Below are positions 24,201-35,742 of a DNA stretch of 64,000 nucleotides, piece by piece (position 1 is the stretch's first letter; each line of letters opens with the position of its first letter). Under the pieces are notes generated by a model. The model did not search any database and was not told the origin of the DNA. It saw nothing but the letters and a program-made list of their open reading frames with translations. The position numbers and the translations under genes were made by a program. This DNA comes from Phoronis australis (taxonomy: Eukaryota > Animalia > Phoronida): positions 31,030-95,029 of the forward strand of contig NMRA01000574.1 in NCBI GenBank assembly GCA_002633005.1. Reading direction: 5' to 3'.

Positions 24201-26595
24201 TGGTTCTAATCATTATTTTGCATTAAGGTTAGTTTGTTGTTTGTCATTCAGATGCCCATAAAGGTAATGCCCATCAAGTTTTACAGCAGAAGCTTAAGTT
24301 CTGCAAGTGAGATAAGGCTAAAGTTTTACAAGTGAGGCATGATAAAGCAATCTTTGCTAATGTCCAGATACTCTGCTCAGAACTGTGTTAGTGGCCCTAT
24401 TGGTCATTCGTGTTTATCTACCTCGGTTAAAGAAGAAAGTTGATTTTGAGATGGTGGAATTAGCTTGTTTGAGGTATTGAAAAAACAATTGGTTCACAAA
24501 TTAGACTATGGCTGCGTTATTGATTTTGAAACAACTGACTACAACTTTGTAGAAATAATATCGAAAGCTTTGATAAAAAAATTCTTAAAAAATGCCTTTT
24601 TTTCCTGACAAGATTCAGGATTCCCATCGACAGAGCACTGCTGCAAATGTACCTTATTTTTATCATGTGCCTGTTGAAAGCTATAAAACCCATGACAAGG
24701 CCATGTCAGGTCCACCAGAACCAGCAGAGCTCAGTACTGGTCAAGAATGACCACTCATCCATCACCAGCCAAATGGTGGACATTGATGACCCTATATCAT
24801 GACCTGGGTCCAACAAGAACAGTGGTCATTTGGTGGTCACTTGTCATGTAATGACATACACATGTGGTATTGACGACAACCAGGCAGATTAGAACATAGT
24901 GAACATAACCAAACCAAACATGTGCAAGATCTGTTTTTGGGTATGATGACATGATCACTGACCTTGGGTTTCTTACATAAATACCATAACATATGACAAA
25001 GGTCATGACCCTTCCTGGTATTTTTACTCATGCAACCCAGCTGGTCTGAATTATAAATATTGCCGTGCTATGAATCAGGTGATGATAATATACTAACACC
25101 CACTACACTATATCTTCTGAAACAGTGCATGGCAACATAAACCAACATTTTACCCAGACTAACCTACATTGGTATTAACCTGGTTCAAACAAACAATGAC
25201 CTAGATGACATCAGGGTCAAGTACATATGTCAAACGTAAACATACATTTTCAAGTCAGCCACACAAGCAGTGTTATAAGAGAACAACTAAACATTCAAGT
25301 ACTTTGTCACACACACCCTGGTCCCCTAAGTATGGCCTGAACTGCCCCTTACATTGTATTATGCTGTGAGAATAACTGACTTCCACCAAAGCCTTTTGAT
25401 AATACCCAGGTAAAGATATTTCCTATTTCAAGGGATAACACATAGCAACTTTTGTTATTGAGCATGGCTGCTGAATAATGAACCAAAGAGTTTGATAGCA
25501 ATCTCTACAATAAAACAGTAGCCAAATGATACCAATCTAAAACACACAATCATGTGTCAATCACTTGGATCTCCATGAGGTTAGCAGCAATGCTATGCAG
25601 CCTGCCAATCAACAACCCATGCATAATGAATGAATGATACAGAGGAATTTTACACAAATGATAAAGTGTAGGAATTTAATTATGAAGGGGAGTCCAGGAA
25701 TAAGAATCAAAGAAACAAACACCAAAATATGGATTTAGTCTATAAGCAGTTGACTGAAGACAACACGGCCAACACCAGTGATGTAGTTCATATTGTAGGT
25801 TAATCCAATTACACTGTACTTGGTAACCCATCGCCCGTACAATGAAAGATGTTCAGGTACACTGACCGACCTCATTACAAAGACTTCATTTGTACAGCTA
25901 CTGGTTGTTAGAAATAAAAAAACACTTGAGAGTTTTACAAGCTGCCATACATGTAGTCAGTAGACTTTTAGGGGCCACCGTACATGTAGTGAGTAAACTT
26001 TTACAAGCCACTCAAGGGCAGAGAATAAAAAAGCCGCGCGACGGCAGCACAACATTAGGGATTAGCCATTTTCTCAAGTTGTTCCTAAGACATAAGCCGA
26101 TTCCCGCTCTTCAGAATAACACTACTGCAACACCAAGTAAAAATAGTTAACAGACCCTAATTACGCAAATTCTACTGAATTCTAAAATCATACACACTTC
26201 AAACGTCACGTCTTATCACAACTGACACTCTGTAATGCTGAAACCTCATATTAAGCCTGTGATAACACAGAACAGAGACAACTTATAGATTTTACCATGA
26301 AACTGCACAACTAATAAGGTGGTGTAAGCTGATGACTCATGCACGGATAGGTTGACAACAATTTGTCATGGGCAATAAAGTTATTTTTTCACAAATATCA
26401 ACTGGATAGTCAAGCCACAACAAGGCATTTAAAAGGTATTTCAATAAAAGCCACAATTGACAAGCAAATTGCAAAAGACAGAATGGAAACGAATTAAATC
26501 TCAGGGGCGCAGACATCTGCCCAATCAATTTCCACTTAATGTAAAATAAAAAAAAGTATGATGTTTACAATTCTTGCACACTTCGTCATAACTGT

Positions 26596-26702
26596 CACAG
26601 TGGGATGGCCGCACATGAGTCAGCATGCTAGCACATAAAACCGCCACTNCACAATGGGATGGCCGCACATGAGTCAGCACGCTAGCACATAAAACCGCCA
26701 CT
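26596..26702. repeat. 53-bp duplication around a single N (assembly artefact)
   Basis: 26596-26648 matches 26650-26702 with 2 mismatches; N at 26649. Confidence 0.9.
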
Positions 26703-26888
26703 CAATAGAGTCCCACTGAAAGTTTAGTTCCCAAGGACTTAGGTTTACAAGTATGGCCACAGCACCATCTTAATTGGTGGTTCTTCCGCCACCAACAATG
26801 TTTCAATTTTGAACACTTGAGCTCATTCACTAAGTACATGAAACAATAACTCCTACGTAATAACAAGCCTCATCTCTGTGAACACTTG

Positions 26889-27293
26889 AGGGGGGGGGCA
26901 GCTGGACAGACAAATAGAATACACACCCACTGAGAGAGTAGGGTTGAAAAAAGGTCCTTTTTACAGGGAGCTCACACAAAAAAGTCGGCCTTTTGTAGGT
27001 TTTTTCCTTTACAACAACCTTATTGTAAATACGAATTCCCTAAACCTCCTAATCCTTTCATAGGGATTCTTGGGCAGCATAATTTTTAACCTACGAAGCC
27101 TGAAACAATACAAGAAGAGGTGACATGTTGTCAAAATGAATATGGTACTCTAAATCTTTTGTAATCTAAGTTTTAAAAACAAGACCTTTCTGTAGACTTG
27201 TGAAGTATCTAACCCATTCATAGGAAATTTCGTCGGAAAAGGCACCTTTTCGTGAATAAGTCCTGCAAACATCGCCTGTGGAAGTACCCCCCG
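26889..27293. mobile_element. Non-autonomous DNA element with G-run/C-run termini (relative at ~48995-49284)
   Basis: gggggggg... and ...gtaccccccg ends, with internal aaaagg.acc.tttt motifs. The second copy has ggggaggggtactc ... aaaaggcaccctttt ... ccctcccggg. Confidence 0.5.
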
Positions 27294-30200
27294 TGAACAC
27301 ACATGAAAGAGGCTGTTAAAAGCTGTCATTTTCTGATGGCCTGAGATTTTAGAATAACAATATAACCGTCACATCACTATTTCGCAGCCAACGAAATAAG
27401 TACAAAGTTGAAACATATTCTCCAACAATCTATATATTATAGACCACGTAAGTCAGAGAAATCAAATTTGTGGCATGCTCATGATTTTCACACAATAAAG
27501 AAAGTTCAATGTCATAAACACATAATTTAAATCAGCCAATTCCTGATAAATCCCACCAAATTACTAAATTGATGACTCAATATGGGAGCTTGAACCAGAC
27601 AAGTTTGGCCAGCAACAGCTTGACTAATGCGACAACTGAGCCCCTTCCAGACGCAATCCTACCCTGATTCTCTAGAAATAGTTGGTGTGCTGTAACATGG
27701 CACAAAAAACATGGGCTTAACAGTACACAAACAGCAAGCTGCAGGCCTAGCCAGTCCATGCAAGGCAGACAGCTTTTCCTTTTGGTCAAGATGTGTGAAG
27801 CAGGCAACTGTACAGGAGCGCAGTTATAAATCCCCCAAGTTGTTAATCAGGTCTGAAATCTGGAATACTTCTAAAACATGCCATACAGCAGGTTGCACAT
27901 AAGTGGGCCATGTGCCCCTCCAGGAAATCTACACCTCTGGAGAACACCACAGCAACACCCACTCACCCAGATGACTTCCCTAGTTAAGTATACAGTAACT
28001 CTGTAACTTGTGAATCACCTCTCCCCAAGACATCCACTCCAATAGGCAGTCAATATACAATAGCAGGCAGATTCCATCTAAGGGGAAAATTGTGGATAAT
28101 ACAGGTGTACCCAAACAAACCCATTGACTACAAATAACTCTTCTAACTTACCAACCAATAAAAGCTGACGGCCAAGGCTATGCGGGCTCAAAGTGGAATC
28201 CGCTGACCAATCACTACTGAACAAAATACCTTTAGGCCAATAGGTCTCTTATCTCTGGCTGATACCATGCAGAAGACAGAAGGCCAGTTTCTAAAGACAG
28301 CTGCTCAGCTTGTAAGAGTACAAGACACTATACACCTAGTAACTTCACATATCTTATGACCATGAGGCACCCTAGACGCATGGATACTGATTCATAACAG
28401 GGCTTCAGAAATGTCAAGGATGAGCCAACCTGAGCATGTATTTCACCTGGGCTTAGTTCCCGAAATAAACACAGTGATTACACTAACACACTGAGAATCT
28501 ATGTCAAGATTGCTACTATACACATGTACAATGAGACCTGTTGTCACTCAGGGCCGGAGCTGAGCAGGATTGATCCAATATGACAATGTTGAAACTGACA
28601 GAGAAAAGATACCTAAGGTCACGATGCCTGGAATAGGATTAAGATTTCTAGAAGTAGAGCTGGACTATTTTAGGCAGGTTTTGCTTACAGTGGCTGTGCT
28701 ACTACCAAAGTATTGTTGCAAGTCAAGTCACCAGTTAAAAGTCAGAAGTCACACCATGGTTGAACGAACTAATTATGAAGTCTGGCTGTGGCTGACTGAC
28801 AGAAAGTTACATCATCCGAAAATGGTTAGTTGCTAAATATTACCAGCAATGGAAATTTCAGAAACTTTACCTGCACTTGCTTTCAACGCTAATCATCTAA
28901 CTCGTGTGCAGTGGGTTGTGGGTATGCAAATGGCCTCACCCGATATGCAAATAGTGCTTTCGATAAAAATTCAATAGCATGAATTAATCACTATTAAGCT
29001 GACAACTGGACAGTTGAAAAGGAAATATGATAATCTGCAAAAATAGATAAAACCAGTTGGCTGGAAACTCGTTGCCGGAGCCAGTGTATTTTTAATCAAC
29101 CATTGAATAAGTGACAGACGGCCTGGTCAATTTCAATAGTAAAACACAGCTCTGCTACAACTGAGACAATTGCTCATGCCAACAGACCTCTCAATACAGA
29201 TGTTTATCTTATATAACTTTTTTGCAAAGCTTGCTAAGAACATCTTCATCACAAGAGACATTTTAAGCAGACTAGGTAATGGCATCGGATGCAAAAATAG
29301 ACTTGAGTTGCAGAGATTTCACAGACATCTGTCTTTTGAGGAACAAATGTCCAGTGAGGAATGAAGGCACAGCATGATGCAACAGGGGAGACAATGACAG
29401 AAAAGGACAACAAATGAAAAGACCTTTGAATGATACAACCCACATTTGAAACAAAAATTGCCGTCATGAAGCAATGCTTGCTGTTACCTTTATCAACAGA
29501 GCTGAGGGTGAATAGCAAACACTTCACAATATGCACGGATATAGTTAAACTAACCTCCAACAGATGTCAGTCAAGTGAGACAAGAGGAAGAATTATCCAC
29601 TGGTTTATAAGTGCTCAACCAAAAATATTTCAGTTGCGTCCTGAAAACTTAGTCATCAAAATCTGAAGAAATAACACTAATTGCACATGTCGCCAACACA
29701 TCCCTGGATTTACACTATAAACTTGTGAATAAACTTGCAGCTCAGACATTGAATTTTATCAGAACAGGTATTTAATCTTGTAATCATCAGATTAATAACA
29801 CAGCCAGGGGGACATGCATAGCAGACATTCTAAGACGAAGGATTACAGCCTGGGAATTTGACGGAAGTTCCATTTCCATACGTGAGATATGCTAGCATGC
29901 CGTAGCAAACCAAGTCGATGATTTCTAAAAATTTAAGCTGATAGCCACACTGAATCTACATTACGGGAATCCAGTTTCCGATTTCCAAGTCGGTAGTTGA
30001 AAGAGATGCTATTCAGACAAAAAAGATTAATTCCTTGCATCAACAATAATCCGACCAAAATTAAAGCACGTGGAAGTCAAATATAGTGTCGTTTGCCGAG
30101 ATGTATTGATTTTTGCCTAGCGAAATCAACCAATAATTACTCTGAGAAGCTATGTTTTAAAGATGTATGTGAAATAACAATTGCTTATGGTGAGATTTCA

Positions 30201-31084
30201 CTTACACAGTGTTGAGGCAAGTGTCCAAACGAAAAAAAAAATTGAACTTACAATCAGGAAATGTTAAAGGTGTGCTGTACTGAAACAGGGGGATAGAATT
30301 CTTACTTGCAAACTGTGGTTTCAAGAGGATAATCTGTAAATCAGATGGAGTTAAGCACAAGTTCTCAGAAATGAGAAATTTGGATTAGATGTTAATCCAA
30401 GCCAGTGGCTTTTCTAGTCTAATCTGAGGTCAGCCAACAGGGAGTGTGGACCATGACAACTGTGACAGCTTGAGAGAGCCCAATACACTACAGTTTGCTA
30501 TAAATAGCCTGTAGCAACACTAATGGTTGGGTAACCACACATGGCAGCCAGGCTTTCACTGAGCAGACACTCAGTTGATCACTTTGTTGATATCATTCTT
30601 CCACCTATCACAGCTCATTTTTAACACCTCAACCTGGACAGACTTCAATGACTCTTGTATCAATGAAAGCCATCTTACCAGACAGCATACAGAGGCAAAA
30701 CTATATAAATAGAACCAAGTTTACATTGCTGGCTTAAATTACAGAAGTACTGGCACTTTTAATTGGTGGCAAAGTAAACTAAACCAAAACATAGGTGTCA
30801 CTACACTCAATAATTTATCTGATAAAATTTCCACTAAAAAAAAAACAGAAATGCAAGACGGAACAGTTTTTCACTTTGAATGACCCATTGGCTACCACCT
30901 GTGACTTGACAGTCCACAAATTTTATGGCCAGCAGAGACCCTCAAAATTTCAAGATTAGACGACCTGTAGTTCATCTGCAACAAGATAGTGGGTAGAAGT
31001 ATGGCCACAGTGCCTGCAAACTGCATCATCTTCATTGAGTTCTGAAGATATCAAATACACATTAACACCAGTCGATGTTATCGG

Positions 31085-31215
31085 GGAATGTAAATCAGAA
31101 TGAATGGTACGGTTAATTTCAGTCCTGGATCGAAGTTAACAGTACAGTTAAACTTTGCAGTAAACAAGAGGATTTAACGGCGGAACATCAACGCTTCGAT
31201 GTGGCATGAATGGCT
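31085..31215 (-). mobile_element. Diverged inverted fragment of the 46990-47460 MITE family
   Basis: ggttaatttcagtcctggatcgaagttaacagtacagttaaactttgcagtaaacaagaggattt aligns to the reverse complement of 47300-47400. Confidence 0.7.
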
Positions 31216-32207
31216 TTTGGTGCCATCACAGTTATTGTAGATGACGCTGTCAGTAACAGCACGTGGAACTGTAATATTAGATAATATATTCTTTTGAACA
31301 TTCACCATTCGACGACTATAATAACTTCATTTTGATTCTAATCTGACCATAAATAAGACACTTCAAATTTAAAAAAATATGCCTGCACAGTGTTTTTGGA
31401 ACAACATCTTGCGATACTTTGACGAATCACAAATCAAAGTGCGATAACATGGTGTCCATTAACTACTTCAACTAAACGGCACAGTTTACACTGAGGTTCC
31501 TCCAGTCTGATTCAAAGCTGCCAACTCTCTACTGACTGACAGTAGTGCTAAAGCCATGTCTGAACTACAGCCCTAAATCAACAGGTGATTTGTATTTTGG
31601 TACCGCAGGAAATGGTTATAGGGCAAACCGGAAACGAGTACTACCGAATTGTTTGACTTTACCCCAGAGGTTAAACATGGTTTGAATCCACCAGACAATA
31701 CAGAGTTTGTAGAAGCCTGAACTGACAAGGCGGTGGAGCCAATCACTGAGCAAGGTGTTAACAAGTTGAGCCCAGGTGACAAAAAAAAGAGTACAGACAA
31801 AAACACAAACAAACACAGCTGTTGTGAATCATGCTCCAAAACTCCTCTGAATCACATTTTTGAACATTAATGGAGGAGAAAATAAAAAGATGTCCACTGC
31901 AACAGCATATAATATTCTGGCAAGAGCAAAAATTGTTGAGAGGAGGTTTCTGAAAGCCAGCCTCGACCGACTAGCAATCAAACCTAACTCCTTCACCACC
32001 AAATCCTATTGGAGGGGTTCAGCGTAATAGTTTATTAACATCATGTGCTGTGTACATGTGACAGAAGAGAACTGCAGGCTACAAGTACTACCCAGTCCTA
32101 AAAAAATTCCTGAAAACTCATTGTTATTTCTTTTGCTTTTTCAAACACAACCCCTACTTTGCAATCTAATTCAAACTTCCATCTTACGTTAACCCTCGTC
32201 CACGTAC

Positions 32208-32501
32208 CTTGTCTGTCTGCTTGTCCCAGCTTCGTCGAATCCAGCGGTCTTTTGTATCATACTGCTGCATCTTAGGTGCCACCTGGTGGCCATTGACTGG
32301 AGTTGGCTCAGCAAACATGCCTGCTAACAGCTGCAGCCGGTTGCCAGGGGCAATGCCCTGCTTGCCGCGTAGTGTGCACAGCCACCAGCCATCCAGTCCG
32401 TTGGTATTCTGCTCTAGGACGGTGAGGACGTCGCCACGCTTGAATCCAATCTCATCGGGTGACTCAGCTGAGTTGTCATACAGAGCTTTGGCAAGACAGT
32501 G
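32208..32501 (-). CDS. BCAR1: Cas-family adaptor, SH3 exon
   Basis: cttgcag|CAC ... AAG|gtacgt, 294 nt, phase 0-0. HCLAKALYDNSAESPDEIGFKRGDVLTVLEQNTNGLDGWWLCTLRGKQGIAPGNRLQLL is a typical Cas SH3 and joins in frame to 21281. Confidence 0.97.
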
Positions 32502-35500
32502 CTGCAAGAGATAGAAAGACAGAGGATTACAACTTGGAGTCACCTATACACAGTCTCCCACCATTCATTAGGGTTGTCACTCAAACGTTTGGTAAAGGCA
32601 CTGCTGTTTCTTGGAAAAGTGGAGTATGTGAGCTTACTAGTTTTATCAAATGCAGATTTTAAGTCCTAATACATGCACTCCAGTTGCAAATTTTACACCA
32701 AAGTCAATTCCTAATAAATACCATTGAGTGCCAATAGCTGGCAACATTTCAGCTGAGAAAGGCAAAAAAGATCAAGGCAAAATGAAAAGGAGCGATTCCA
32801 TGGAACAATCTGAAACTAAAACTGTAGACTGCGATGACAAAGCATGCCAGCACCTGTAAAAAAATAACAGGTCATGTGATAAACAAATGGACTAGTGCTC
32901 TTACAATGACTATGCAACTTCTTGCTCGTTGTCATGGAAACAAATGATTTCCTAAAATGTTCACCATCACCTCCAGTGTGACACTCACATCAGGCCTGTG
33001 TTTAGAGTTTGACTTAGAACGAGCCTTTAGCCATCGTTTCCACATGGTAAAGAATTCCATCTTCTCTGGAGCTACTTCTCTATTAAACTAAGCTTACGAC
33101 TACCAATAGCAACTAAGCAATTGCTTGAAATGAATTGTCAAATACCACAGAAACATTCTCATGCAAACATCTCATTGCCGCGGCCCCAAATAATTAATGG
33201 TTTTATGTAAATACCATCTGTGCTTGATTTTTTTAAACTTCGACTGCGCGATTGTCAATTTATCTATGTGTAATTTGCTTGGTGACTAAATGCAAGATAG
33301 CTCAAATTCACAAAACAAATATGGACGGATAACTTCATAAACAAGTAAATACAGTTACAGTACAACCTAACAACATGTGAATGTTTGAGGTAGAGTACTA
33401 TTCCACACGGAATCACTAATAACAACGAGCACATAAAAGGAGTGTACCAGAAATATTACTCACAAGCTAACAGCGAACCCAGTGCATAAGTGGGTCTCAA
33501 ACAAACATTCTTTAAAAAATCAGTTTCAGATATTGATTACCAGTAACACACACACACACCTACTTTTTGCTGCCAAGTTTGCACAATGGATTTATCTGGC
33601 AATCAAGCATTTCGAATTTGATGACATAATTAACTTCCTATTGGTGGTGGGAGATAACGAGTATCACGTATTAATATCAATGCAACGTCACGTTTTACAC
33701 CCACATCCTGCTGCGACTGCGTGCAAATGATTATTATCACAAAAACACAACCAGAAGGAGAGTTTTTAAGGGCGTCATTTTCTATCACTGACCATTAAGT
33801 GATTTTTGTAGTTCAGTCATAAAAATGCTTGAATGAAAAATCGTATTGTCCATTAACAAAATGTCATGGGCATGTTCTGCAGAAACATGACCACTATACA
33901 TATGGTGGAAACGTGAATCTAGGAATTGAGAAATGCCGACAAACCATTTCCTTAACATCAAATGAATTTGCAAGAAGTTTTCAAAACTAAAAATAAATGT
34001 TACTAGTCCTCCATGAAAATATCCATATTTAGAAAGACAGCTTTCTTTGGTAGGTAGACTTTAACCAAAAATAACTCGTTTAACTTAGGGAAAGATGGAG
34101 CACTTGAAGTATTGATAACACTGGGCAATGGGATTACATTTTGTGTCGCTTAGCAACACAATAACCTCTCAGTAACTGCATGTCACCTTTTTATGGTTTA
34201 CAGTTGCATAAAAAGTACAGAACATCCACATCTAGATGGCAAACCTTGCAGCAGAATGTCTACCACTGTTCTATTTCGCCATCCAGAATAAACACATCCC
34301 CTGAACCGCAACAACGAGAATGCTTTTGTTCCACCAATGCTCAACTCCAGGGAAGCGAATCCAAGTTACCCTTTGTCACTAAACTGTTTTCTAATTGACA
34401 GGAACAGTGAAACAGAATGTCAAAAATTTTAGAACTAACTTTCCTAGCCAGATTTCGGCTCAATCAAGCTTTGATGGACAGCTACCCAAAATAAAATCCC
34501 ATTTATCAGTAAGCTAGACAAAAATAACAAACAGTTGTCTAGAATAGAACAGTTTTTCTAAACATCCCATAAAAAAATCTAAAAAATCCCTTTCCTCAAA
34601 TCTGCACAGCTGTTTTGGCAAGCATGTTTTAAGCAAACAGGATGGATTTCAGATAGCACAGGCGACATGAATATTAGCCAAGTGACCAGAAAAGGGGACT
34701 GTTATCTTCAACATAAATCAACTTATGTGAGAAACAATAAACAGTGGTCTTAACATGGGCAGATAAAGCTCAAGTTCTGCTAGAACTATTTTTATGAGAG
34801 TGTCTTAACAATGGTGTCAAGGAGCAATAGTTGCTTCTTACAAATCTGTCATAAAATTTGAATTTCGACTGCAAAGTGAAATGCGAAAACACAACAGCAA
34901 CTCGGGGAAAATAACATAGGCAATTTGTTCTCATGTGCACGAAAGTTTCTCAACAGTACATTAGGGGTCAGTGACCTCCACTCCTCCATAAAAGTTAATA
35001 TCTAAAAAAAGATTTCAGTCTATGGTAGCAAAAGGTGGGGTTACCAGGAACATAAACTGAAAACAGGTAATAAAACATGACCTGTACGTGTCATACTCAG
35101 GACAAATTCACCCAGACAATTATCACCATGCACTCGTAAAATTGTGATAATGACAGTTTCAACAGAACATGACGCAGGTTGCTTGAGGGTAGCATTGAGT
35201 TTATCAAGTGAATGACATCAGTCGCTAGATAACAAAATTCCTAAAAAGGTGCGGGGCAATGTTCTTGCCATACGATGAACAAAATCGGCTAGCTTCGCAA
35301 CTGACGATTTGGCATTTGCCAGGTACCTTCCATAAAGTTCTCATATAACAGGGAGGGAGGGAGGGCAATGTCACCAAGCCATGAGCATTGAATACAAACA
35401 CAAGACCTAGGCAAACAAAAGTATGAGTTAGTGCCTCAAGGTAATACCAAATGGAGGAAAACCACATTTGAGGGAATATCACTTTCAATGGTACCAGGTG

Positions 35501-35715
35501 TTATATGACAGCAAATAAAAGGAGTCCACAATGTTGGCGTGTTAAGAATTGATACAAAAATTAACAATTCATACTATAATGAGGAAAATAAAACAAAAAT
35601 AACTGTTTTATTAAAGCATTGAAAAGCACACTTGCGTCTTTTGTGAGTCAAATTTTGCATGGGCCAATGTGTGGATTAGAGAACAGGATTAACTTTTTCA
35701 ACAAAATTCTCCTCA

Positions 35716-35742
35716 CACCCCACACACACATACACACGCACA
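35716..35742. repeat. Imperfect (CA)n microsatellite
   Basis: caccccacacacacatacacacgcacac. Confidence 0.7.
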
